A DNA stretch of 64,000 nt from Amoebophrya sp. A120. Lineage: Eukaryota > Protista > Dinoflagellata. The notes below the pieces were generated by a model. That model was not told the origin of the DNA. It worked only from the letters and a program-made list of their open reading frames with translations, and searched no databases. Positions 50,830 through 64,000 of the stretch are shown piece after piece. The position numbers and the translations under genes were made by a program. Within the stretch, counting starts at the first letter, position 1, and every line of letters begins with the position of its first letter. Where the stretch lies: the NCBI GenBank assembly GCA_905178155.1, contig CAJINV010000013.1:2972158-3036157 (forward strand), in the 5' to 3' direction.

Positions 50830-51390
50830 ATGCTTCGTCGTTCCCTGCCGTCCCTCGGTCCTCCGAAAGCGCCGCGCAACTGCTTCTTCCCCTGGTTCAA
50901 TTTTGTGCTGGTTCGTTCCGGCGCCTACCTCGAACCGAACCGGATAGCGTTTCGGGTGCCGGTGCACATCACGAAGCCCGAAATTCGCGAGTACTTGCGG
51001 AAGATTTACAACATGAAAGTGATCAAAGTGAACACGTACATACACATCCCGAAGATCAAGCGCAACGCGTTCGGCGACTACATTAAGCAGGGCGGGATCT
51101 ACAAAAAGGCGATCGTGAACTGCGAAGAGGTGATCCCCGACGAGGTAAAGATGTTTGCCAACAGCCGCAAGCCGCGAATGAACCCCGCGATAACGAAATA
51201 TGACACGCCGAAGCACATCGCGCGGAAAAAATGGTGGTCGAAAAACACGGTGCGACCGGGGGTGAACAGGAGTAGCGACTGGCTCCCGAGGCATCCCCAG
51301 GCATACGCGGAGGTCATACCGACGTTGCTCCGCGGCGACGATTTTCCGCCGCCGCTGGAAACCAGCGAGAAGCTGGAGCCGCAGAGGTAA
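50830..51390 (+). CDS. MRPL23: Ribosomal protein uL23, likely mitochondrial
   Basis: FRVPVHITKPEIREYLRKIYNMKVIKVNT and YKKAIV are uL23 signatures; intronless. Confidence 0.88.
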   Translation: MLRRSLPSLGPPKAPRNCFFPWFNFVLVRSGAYLEPNRIAFRVPVHITKPEIREYLRKIYNMKVIKVNTYIHIPKIKRNAFGDYIKQGGIYKKAIVNCEEVIPDEVKMFANSRKPRMNPAITKYDTPKHIARKKWWSKNTVRPGVNRSSDWLPRHPQAYAEVIPTLLRGDDFPPPLETSEKLEPQR

Positions 51391-52094
51391 AATCATTTTG
51401 TTTCTTGCTACTGCACCAAAATGGACTTCTGGTGGAAATGCGGTAGTGATTCATGTGTTATGACTATGAGTTTTGAAAAAGATGATTGCGATTCGCAATG
51501 TCGATGCAACACAGGCACCTCCCCCACCTTCACCAAGGCGGTCCTACCCTCCCCGACAACGTTCCGTTCCAGGAATTCCCGCGTCCGGACCTGACGGTCT
51601 TACGCGGCCGGCACGAGGCTGCCAGACCCCGGACGGGGGCACAGATGCTCGACGGGCTCCGAACGCCCGCAGAATTGAGAATAAACGAGCAAACGCACGT
51701 TCTACCGCATGCAGAAAACCCGTTTGGCAAGAGGATAGGCTGAAGGAGGTTGGTTCTACATGTAGAAGTAATTTATCATGTAATGAACTTAGAGCAAAAA
51801 GAACTCAAACGAAGGCCAGCTGATTCCATGCCTGTGCTAAGGGCATTGATCCTAGGAGGTGTTCTACTTGCAAAGCCAAAGCCGAATCGGCTTCCCGGAG
51901 GTGGAAGATAGACACCACTCTCATCGTCACCAAGGCATCCAACTGCGGTTCACTGAGACGCGCGGAACAAGTGCAAATTACGTAGTCTGTCGGTACGGAC
52001 TCTCTCTCGACTTCTATAGAGCTAAAGGAATAGGAACCAACAGCACTCTGATTCCACGAATCATTGACCACGACGTGAGCTTCATTGTTCCAAG

Positions 52095-54195
<2,101 letters not shown>

Positions 54196-55077
54196 ACAAC
54201 GTTTAGACGTACGGCAGCGCCGTTTGGTCGGCCTTTTTGGTTTGCAAGTTTGAAGGAAACTACTTGTGCGGCAGCGTTGGTTTCAATCACGCAGCGCCGT
54301 AGTACGCACTGCAACTATCGGCACTGATGCGGGTTTCTTTGATGCAAAATTTGCGTTTGGCTTTGGAGTTGCGTCGTGTTGCATGAGGAATTTGTAGCAA
54401 TACTGGAAAGAATTTTGCAAATTTTGCACAGAAGTTGCGGATAGCGTTTGTCGATTCATACGTGGCCGAGGACCTTGTGAAGCAGTGCAGCCAGCAGGTG
54501 TTGTGTCGGGAAGATGTCATCTGTGCGATGCTGATCAAAGAAGTTCTTGTCATGCCTCGCAGAAACACAGCTTGAGCGAGTTTTTTCGTTTTTGACTTTT
54601 GCGGTTTTGTATGAGCTGTTGATGTCGCATGTTTGAAAGTATTAAGGAACACTGCTTTTCTCCTGAAATTCGACCGCATTTGCGATGGACCAAAATTTTC
54701 CAAAGTAGCAAGACCGAAATATGAAAATGTTGTAGATACGATGCGATGTTGGCGATCACCAGCAGTCGCAGCAGGCTTAAGCCGCCTGCTGCAAGAAGAC
54801 AGATCAGCACACGGCAGTTCTATTTTACCTCAGGAGGGGAGGAAGAGCAAGACCCTAGCTGTGAGTTTAGCTGTGGGCGACAGCCGTTGAGAGGTCAGTA
54901 GACGTACCGATGATCGAGCATGACGGAAAACAGGAGGTTAAGTCTGTGCTGCGCTGAGGCGGAGGGGACAGACACGCGGGAGCTTAAGTCGCGGCAGAAA
55001 ATGACCTTCTTGAGAACTACGCAGTAGAGCTGCACGACCCGCCGAGTCGTGAGTAAGAATAAGAGTCGATATCCAAG

Positions 55078-58000
55078 ATGCTGGCGCCAGCCGTCGTTCT
55101 CTTTGTTTCGTGTGTTTCCGTGCAGGTTTGTTCTGCACCACCAGGCACGAAAGCTCGCGCATGCGCATCTCAGTCTAGCACCGAGGATGTTGAAGAGATC
55201 GATGCGGGAGAAAAATCGAACGGCCCACAATCACCAGCTTCGCAGCTCCAACTGCCCGCAGCTGCAGGGACCACAGCGCCCCCTAAAGAAGCAGAGGCTC
55301 TTCATGAAGAGGATTTTCAGCCCGCTGAAGAGTCTTCTTGGGCCTGGCTTTGGCCTCCGCGTTGGAATTTGTTCTCCGGATGGAGCCAGAAAAGCAGTTG
55401 TGGGCAACAAGCGAAGACTTCTTTCGATGAAGCATTTGTCCAACAATCTTCTGCGGCGACTTCGGATAGCGCAAGAACTCCGACATCACTGGGGCAAGAG
55501 CAGGATACCGTGGTTTGTAGTTCAATCCTACAACAACTCTCCCCGGCGGCCAGTGGCAGTACACGAGGTGTCGTGTCCTTCACTACGAGTCCGCGCGGCA
55601 CCGGCTCTCCAACGTGCCAGGACTTTGTCAGCAGCTCAACGGCAGCTGCGATTCTTGGTGTGAATCAGAACAGTCCCTATCCGGCTTGCGTTCGTGTGGT
55701 GAGCAAATTCTTGAACATTAAGAACTCAGAGCCGACCTCGCGTGTGAAGCAGCAGGCGTTGACTGCAGCGCTTAACTCCAAACGTTTAGAGTCTGGATCT
55801 GGCTCTGCACGGTCGCACACAGCAGACGAGGCAGTACTATCTGCTGGGAGACGAGCAGCAAGCCAGCACCAGCAGCCGTGTCTCAGCCAAGCGGAGCGGA
55901 TCTGTCGAGAGCTGAAGAAAGACGTCAATGTTGGTAAGGAAATGCAGCTGGTGGCACATCAAGAATGCACAAGAACCAGAGCAGATGACGACTCTCCTCC
56001 CTCAGTCCCAGCTTCGCCGCAAGCCACTCAAGCAGCAGATTCTGTAGCCTGCCAAGAGAACTACGCGGATCGCAACGAAAAAGAGCAGAAGCACGAAAGA
56101 GCCGGGTCGTCGTGGAAGATGCGCGACGTTTTCAATAGAAACTTCCGCCTGGTTTCCTTCGCAAACGCGCTGGGTGGCCGAAAACAAGCCACAACTTTTC
56201 CGCTAACCACGACAGCGTTGCCGACGTCCCGCTTGCAGGTGGGTAGGAACAGAGCAGCAGCACTGCCTGTTCCAAAAGACCAGCTCCACGCGACTTTGAA
56301 CCGGTTTGGCTGGGGCCACTTGGCGGAGGATCTGAAGTTCCTAAGCGACCAAGATCTCTACATGCTGCGGACGTTGGCGTACACTGGGAATGGTCGTAAG
56401 CGGACCAGGTCCAGCACTGCATCCTCGAGTACGAAGGAAAACCAAAAAGCAGGAACAAAGGAGGACGATCTTCTACCGGAAGAAGATGCATATGGCATCG
56501 AAGCTCTAAACCAATTCCAATCGGCGTCTTCCTCGTCTTCGAAGCAAAAGAGCCGCGAGCTTCAGGAGTTCAAATTCAAGGCTTTGAAACAGAAACTAGC
56601 CGGCAGCACGACTTCTGCTGCCGACGAGGGAACATCTACTACACTGACAGGTGCTAGTACAACAACTTTGCCGGCCAGGGATTCCTTCATATTGAGAAAC
56701 ATCCTCATGGCGGATTACTTTTTCGGCGGCTACAACGCGAATCAATTCAATTTTGACCAAAAACAATCCGTCGCGAGGGATTTGCGGACCAGTTTGTTTG
56801 AGGCGGGTGTGTTTTCGGACTCGCAAGTCGGGGATTTGGTGCAAACGCTGAAACGCAGGGCAGAAAATTACAAAACCGATTCCACTTCAAATTCTTGTGA
56901 CGCGGGTGCGTTTCCAGCAAGTGCGTCGTCGGCCCAAGAGCTTCTTTTGCAGACGAAGGAAAACTACTGCGGTGGCTCTGGCTCGTCTTGCTGCGTCGAC
57001 AAGGATCTGCGGGCCGGGTCGGTGCTCCGACTGGCGCCTTGCGAGCCCGACGGAGATGATCAGGAAGACCATCATGGAGGAGCAGGCACCGACGAATTGA
57101 AAGCCAGCAAGCAAACGAGTGCCGGGTCGTCTGTCGGAGGACAAGAGCTGCTTCATCTACCTGACAAGAATAACAAACTGACTTCTCGGAAATCACTCGG
57201 CTCTGACAGATCAAAATCCACCACGCTATCGACCTCTGCACCGAAATTGACAAACGCGGTCTCCCGGGTGTTCCAGTCCATGCAGAAGAATTTGAAGCAG
57301 CAACTGAAAAACAGTCGGAGCAACTTGAGTCTTATGCAAGAAAAAAACTGTGTAAGTGTAACTCTGTGATGCAGAAAGGGCAAAACAGTTACACTTGTCA
57401 TGCTGGACATGCATCAGAAGCTTTTTTCGTGCGTGTTTTCACGTATTAGCCGCGCATGACAGGCTCTCTCTGTCAGGCAGAGCAAATTTGTGATGCTATT
57501 CCTCCAAGAAAGTTACACTAACACAGTTTTTTTCTTGGATAAGTCTGTTCAGCGGCCTGACCTCGTCCAGTCGGAGGATATCAAGCGCAAAAATGTCTGG
57601 GTCTGGAAAAATGTAAACTTGTCATGCAGATTTTCCATGACCACCCATATGGTCTGGAATGCGGGACCTAGGATGGCAGACTCTGTGAGGTCTCTACCAT
57701 GCCCATCCTGCATGACAAACTCCCTCCCAACTTGGTCAAAAGTGGACAGCTTTTGGCACTCATGCAGCACAGATTTTTGCATGCTTCAGATTTACCATGC
57801 ACAGATTTTTGCATGCTTCAATTCAATTCAGATTTACCATGACAAGTTGCCACCTTCCAGACCCAGACATACTTGCAATCCATAGAGGAAGCGAAAGTGC
57901 AAGAAAGATAACTTGGAGAACGACCCGGAGTTTTTTCCCAGGAAGTTTCTGCCCAAGTTCGTCTTTCTCACCGACGTCGACGACACGTTCTGGTGCAGTA

Positions 58001-61000
58001 ACAAGGAGGCGAGCGGTATCGCCGGCACGGACGAGAGCATGTCACCGGTGGCGGCGTTTGTACAACCGAGTGGCGGGGGTAGTGGAGACTACCAGGGGGG
58101 ATCATCTTCGCGACGGAATTCTAACGGAAGCGGCACTGGTACTGGTTCTTGTGAGCAAAATAAGCCCGCAAAGAAGCACGAAACGTACCCCGGTGTTGGG
58201 TTGCTCATGGCGTTCCTGAATGTGCAGAGCAGTATTTTGGGGGAGGGAGAAGATAGTTCCTCTGGGCGAAAGGAGAAGTTTTTCTACGTAGGGAGAACGA
58301 AAGTGGTTGTGCCTGCAGGAGGACAGGAGCTACTGTTTCCGCATGAAGATAAGAAAGCAGGGAAAAGAACATCAAGAATCAGTGCCGGAAGTAGAAGTGC
58401 GCTCACCGTCCCATCAGCACCTCCGCCGAGATTCCTACTAAAGCTGGACACCGAAGAGTACAAGTTGGAGAACAGCCTACCTTTCTACCCGGGCCTCCTT
58501 ACCGCCCGCCCGGGAGAACTGATGGGAACCATTAAGCTGCAGGCAGGGTCGAAATTTGGCTTTAACAAGATTTGCGACCGAGACCTCCCACCCGCGAACA
58601 GCTTTTTTGATCCGGGTCTTCTTGGTGAGACAGCAGTGGGTGCTGGCTCCCTAGTTTCTGCCGACCCTCCGGGAGATCAACCGCAAATCCCGGCGGCGCA
58701 CCAGCTGCCGTCCCTCCCATCGTCCCCGAAGAAACCGATCACGATTCTGCCCGGCGCCACCACAGTCCGACAGCTGCTTGGGAACGCGAAGGCACTGTAC
58801 AGCTACGCAAACGACAATGCGGTGACCAAGCCGGATATCAACCGGGTGTCTTCCATCGGGGAGCGGAAAGTTGAAACTTTAGAGCAGTACTTGCAGATCT
58901 TTCCCGAGTTTGTCAACCGCGTGGTGTTTATCGGGGACGACGGCCAGGCCGACATGGCCGTCGCAAAGGCCATGCTGGACAAGGCCCGCGTGGTGGCGAT
59001 CAAGCGGGTGTGGCAGAAAATTTTGGTAGGGAAAAGAAATAGCGGCGCTGCTTCCACGACGGCCGCCGGGACGAGGAGAAAGACCTTCGGGAAGACGCTC
59101 ACGCTGCCCGAAGGGGCAGTGAAAGCTGCTGTCGGCAAAACTGGGAGCGCGGGCAGCAGTACCAACAGTGACATGAACAGCAAAACTCCAGCTAACAACG
59201 ACTTCTATGCAGGAGCTGCTGCTGCAGGTGCAGCTTCTGGCGGTGGAACAACTGCTGTCGCGAACCGGTTTTCATCCTCTAACGGTGCGTCAGCAACACC
59301 AGGAGGAACTACCACCAGGAGAAACACGGCTGAGAAAAATTCGTTTCAGGAGTTGCCGAGTAAGTTCTTCGGGCGGTATTTCGAACAAGAGCCGCATTCG
59401 GTAGCAATGGAAATGAACAGAAACACCTTGCGCGCGGAGGCAGCGCGGGATGGCGCCACCATCCTTCGTGAAGAAGAAGGTCTAGCAGAAGGAGAATCGT
59501 CCGACGAGAAAAGTCGCGACTTGGTAAAGAAATCGCATCAGAAAGTGAAATTTTTCTACTTCGACCACTATGCTCCTGTGCATGAGTCGGACCCGGCGAG
59601 AGAGCGGTACGACGCCGACCTGGAGTTACCTGTGTGGGATACCGCGAACCCCTTTTCAGAGATAATCGAGTTTGCCGACGGGGCGTTCTACTTGATGGAG
59701 CAAACAACTACTGATGATGAAGGTAGTACTCCTGCCGACGATCGAGATGATAACTACACTGACGAGGAAATGTTACGAAGTACCAGCGCGCCGCGGCTGA
59801 GAAACAAGTCAATGACCAGAGTGTCTAACAGACTGCCAACGTTGATTGCTCAACTGCTGATCGCCGGTGTCATACCGGAAACGGGACGAGACAGGTACGT
59901 GCGCTTGGACGACTACTTTTGCGGGCCCACTGGTGCCAGTGGACGGTCAGCGTCCACGTCTGGGGCGCAACTTTTGCTTGGCAAAATGAACAGCTACTGC
60001 ACCGCCCTATTTCACTCAGCGGCAAGGGATAAAAACGACGAGGACGAGGACCACAATGAGCAAAGTGGTAGACCGGGAAGCAGTACCGATGGAGGTCGTG
60101 GTGAATCAAGTAGTGCGTCTGCTTTTTTCCCCCCAACTCCTCCCCCTGAAATTCGGTATTGGGACCTGGTTGCGCCCAATGTACGACCAGGGCGGGACGA
60201 AAATAAAGGAGAGGAACTCCGTTTTCGGTACACAGTGAAAGAGATCGAAGTTGGAGCGCGCTGGGTCGTGCTGCACCCCGCGGTGCCTTTGGGGTTTACT
60301 ACTGATCCAGTAGCTTCAGATGAGCGACAACCACAGCAGCCAGCTGCAGTTCTTGAGAACAGAAAGCAGGACGAAAAGAAAGATACTCAGATCATAATTC
60401 CACAAGAACATCACCAAGCACCACAGCCACGATTCTCCTTCACTGGCGGCGATGTTTCCCACAAAACCGATGAATTTGTCACGGCTCTTCAAGGTGACGA
60501 GGGACAACGCGACAGTATACGCGCCATCACTTCTGCTGAAGACGAAGACCACGAGCACGACCGGAGTACAGATTCTATCACGCCGCGAACGCAAGAGCGG
60601 CTGGACGCTGCGGTCGCAGAATCGATGTTTCTCACCGCGAAAAGCAGCAGAGCTGGAGGAGATGCGAGAAATGCGTTCAGGAACGTCGAGAGAGGTCCAA
60701 GTAGAGACGAGGAAGTCGAACTGACAACGAAAAGACTGCGGAAAAGCGGGGAACATGAACGAGAGCCGGAGTTACTTTTGGAGACAATTATGCCCCCTTC
60801 AAGTAACGACCTTGCAGCTCCGCTAGCCGGAAAAAGCGACCAGCAGCAGAATCAACAGCTTCTGCTTCCAGCTGTGATTCCACGAAGCCGTTTAGGAAAT
60901 AGACCACGAACAGACGGAGGCCTGGTGGCGGGAATAATTAACGACGCATCGGCGACGGCATCACCGCAGAGCTTTTCCCTGTTCTCGCCACTTCCGCCCA

Positions 61001-61101
61001 CCGTGCCGAACCCCCGGGGGACTCTACGAAGACAAAAACTGCAACAGAAACGCAGCATGTGGCGCGAAGCAATTGAAAGGGAAAAATCGAGGAAGGCATA
61101 G
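55078..61101 (+). CDS. Protein of about 1,830 aa with APP1-like (DxDxT, HAD-fold) phosphatase domain
   Basis: ORFs 55078 and 57913 fuse through a micro-exon (57547-57578) between two introners; motifs FLTDVDDTF, YPGV, LLTARP, FPEF..RVVFIGDDGQAD. Confidence 0.72.
57333..57541. mobile_element. Introner/MITE family B variant, TSD AGTCT
   Basis: TAT.CAAGAAAAAAACTGTGT.AGTGTAACT TIR; AGTCT on both sides; frame NLSLFSG. Confidence 0.93.
57579..57884. mobile_element. Introner/MITE family A, TSD GAGGA
   Basis: Family A TIRs; GAGGA on both sides; internal tandem duplication near 57768-57841; reverse-complement homologue of 7405-7667. Confidence 0.93.
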
Positions 61102-61943
61102 ATTTTGGCACTTTCTTTGGAAAATGAACAGGATGCATCGAGAAAATGTCCAACGTCGGTAGTATGCTAGCGATTGCCTAATGAGGCTTGTATGATGTAG
61201 ATTTTGATGATTAATAAATAGTTCTTCAAACGAATACTAGGATACTGGTCATGCCCGCCTCATGACAGTGAAAATGAGTAAATTTAAAGCAGTGCTTTTT
61301 ACTAGCGCCAGCCTCCAGGACCGACTAACTTTGATGTCTGTGAAACCGCTCACTCAGCTGAAAGTCAGGGTGAAGAAGCTGGATCAGCACAGTATTTTTC
61401 TGACGTTTGCGAAGTGTAAATTTTGATAGCTGCTTCGAAGCTTCTACCGATAAGTCAGATTTTTGACAGGGTATGATGTTGTCTACTTCTTTGACTGAGA
61501 AGATGTCGTGTGCAGCTACCGATTTTTGAAGCAGTATCGGATGCTGTTCGTGCACTCGCCTATTTGAAGATAGGCTTTGAATGAACAGAAAGCGCGCATA
61601 AAGTAGATGGCATCTTCGCAGAGAGAAAGTAGCTGTGTTGATGTCGTGATGTCGTATTCTGGAATAATGTCTGTCAATGTGGCCGGTATGAGGATCAACA
61701 GCTCGAAAGATTTGGCTCGAGGGAAGGCTACGGTTTTGTGACATCGTAGCTTTTCTTGGCGGCGCCAGTTTGTCCCTCGATGCGTTTGCCCAGTGGCTGA
61801 AATTTGACGACATGTGTACGACTAGGAGATAGATGCATAACATGTGCATGTTACGGGAGAAAGCGAAAGGAAAGACAAAGATTTGCAACAAAGCATTTAT
61901 CGCCTGTTATAAATCGTTCTTGACCAAGGAATCTAGACGCAAA

Positions 61944-64000
61944 ATGACGGACAAACAGCACGGGTGCCCTCTTCCCGCCGCCGCGGAAGAACTTAACAAC
62001 ACGGCTTCCACCGACACCAGACCTCTGGGCCGCTGGTTCCGACTAGTGCCGAGCTACCCGATGTGGAGCACATCAAACAACGTCGCCGGAGGAACAAGAA
62101 GTGGGTTATTTACCCAGGTCCCGCCAAGAAGTAGTAGATCTTCATATCGTCGCTCTTTTGTCTACAACGAGGACATCAGCAGCAAACAGCACCGTCGAAA
62201 AAACTCGAGCAGTTCCAGCTCCTCCGGCCACAGTCCCAGCAAACACCACGACCAAGAATTCATCCATGTGATGCGCACGGCGCGCGAGCTGCCGACCGCG
62301 AGCGAGATTTTCGAAGCCCTAGACGCCAACGAGGACGGCACGGTGTCGGCAAAGGAGCTGGACAAAGCGCTGCGAAAAATGGGAAAGTCGGAACGCGTGC
62401 GGGAAATCTTGCTGCAGCGAGTCTTCAGCTACCAGGGGGCGAAAGTCTCTGAGAGTGGTGGGACGAGAAATAGAGATGAATCTAGCGGTGGTATGACTTC
62501 TGGTGCAGCTGCTGGTGGTTCTACCTCTCCATCTTCTGCAACAGCAACAACCTCACCGCGCCGCTGGAGCAACAGAAAGAGGTTTCCGGACGAGCAAGCG
62601 GCGGATCATCAAGGTGATTCTGAGCCCGACCCGCCACCACTCTCTAGAAGGTTACAGAGCATCGTGAACGGTGCGGGCCCTTCTGCCGCGAGAGGACAGC
62701 AACACACGCATAATAAAACCTCAGGACAAGTACATCAAAGCGCCAATCTGGACAAGGACCACCGGAAGACCACCCCGTTGCCGCCGTCAAACGTGACGTT
62801 TGCGGAGTTCGAGCGGTACTATGAATCGAGGAAAGCGGAACTAGAGCGGGTGTACCACATGCTGACCCACCAGAACAAGAATGATTTGAATTACCCGAGC
62901 AACGCGAAGTCCACTTTGGATACGAACAAAATGCGAAAATTGCTGCAACTGGTCGGGAAAAAAGTTTCCGACGAGGAGATCCGGCTGATTTTGCACATCG
63001 CGGAAACGGAGAACAACGGAGTTTTGACCTTCACGGAGTTTGCGCATTGCTGCTTCTTTGCGCCAGACGTGAACCCCGCGGCGGTCTTCGACAACTTCGA
63101 AAAGGACACGTTTTACGAGGCGGACGACAGCGCCAGTTCGGTGCCGAGTAGGCTGGATTACGGTCTGAACAAGGTGACGAAAACGGAGACAGGGGAAGTG
63201 CTTGACAATATCGTGAGGAAAAATCCCCCCCTCCCCATATCGGAAAGGAAATTTGTGATGCTGCATTTGCGTACACAAATTAATCAGTTTGTATTGGTAG
63301 AAGGTCAACAGACGCAGTTGCGGCCTTAACTGCAAGCAATTTTTCATGCTGTTCCCCATTTCGAGTTGCCTCCTGTCATGCTGAAGATGCAAGGCTTTCC
63401 CACACCGCCCAGCACTACAGTCCACTTCTTTTGCCTTCTAGCATGACAACATGACATGTAGTCGCAAATCATGCTACACAAATCCCCTCTTTGATATGGG
63501 GAGGGGGGATTTTTCATTTGGATAGACAATCAGAGCTACGACGAAGTGGTGCGGAAGCTGCTCTGCGGCATGGTGGCGGGAGCGACCTCGCGGACCGTGA
63601 CCGCGCCGATCGAGCGCGCGAAACTGATCATGCAAGCCACGCCGATGAGCACGACGGGCGCGCGGTCGACGTTTTTGGATACGTTCACGCGCATTTACCG
63701 ACACGGGACGCTGTACGACTACTTCCGCGGGAACGGGGCGAATTGCGTGAAGATCGCGCCGGAAACGGCGCTGAAATTTCTGTTGTTCGAGAACCTGAAG
63801 AAGCGGATCGCCCAGGAAACGGAAAACCCGACCACCGTCGAGCGGTTCTTCGCGGGCGGGCTGGCCGGGGCATTAGCCGGCGCGGCGATTTACCCACTGG
63901 AGATTTCCAAAACAAGATTGACCCTCGCGCCGCCGAAAAAGTACAATGGGGTGCTGCATTGTTTGCAGAAGGTGCTCTACCAGGAGGGGATTAAGAACGG
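61944..64000 (+). CDS. Calcium-binding mitochondrial carrier (SCaMC / ATP-Mg/Pi type), runs off window
   Basis: EF-hand DANEDGTVSAKE; after introner removal AGATSRTVTAPIERAK, RGNGANCVKIAPETALKF, IYPLEISKTRL. Confidence 0.9.
63209..63524. mobile_element. Introner/MITE family C, TSD GACAA
   Basis: Family C TIRs; GACAA on both sides; near-copy of 2391-2702; frame VLDNQSYD. Confidence 0.93.

Overview
Eukaryotic, gene-dense, intron-containing DNA. About 16 protein genes all lie on the + strand: a CLC channel, a TIR-like/pseudokinase protein, a GH47-like protein, a macro-domain protein, a lipocalin, an ankyrin protein, VPS51, type II NADH dehydrogenase, mitochondrial uL23, adenylosuccinate lyase, an APP1-like phosphatase, a Ca-binding mitochondrial carrier and several orphans. 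The dominant feature is more than 20 short (about 135-355 bp) non-coding insertions inside coding exons. They run TA...TA, carry terminal inverted repeats of at least 6 families, and are flanked by 5-bp direct repeats (17 of them perfect). Removing the element plus one repeat copy restores the reading frame, and conserved motifs where they can be checked, although most lack GT-AG ends. They therefore look like MITE-type transposons acting as non-canonical introns (introners). They occur in both orientations, share an internal YTGTNATGC motif across families, and form an apparent ageing series toward ordinary introns. This organisation resembles what is reported for the parasitic dinoflagellate Amoebophrya (inference, not verified). 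Also present are a 1.35-kb foldback palindrome with 39-bp flanking repeats, a hairpin minisatellite running into an assembly gap, and GC palindromes. All calls come from reading motifs by eye, with no database search; splicing is inferred from frame restoration, not from RNA data.
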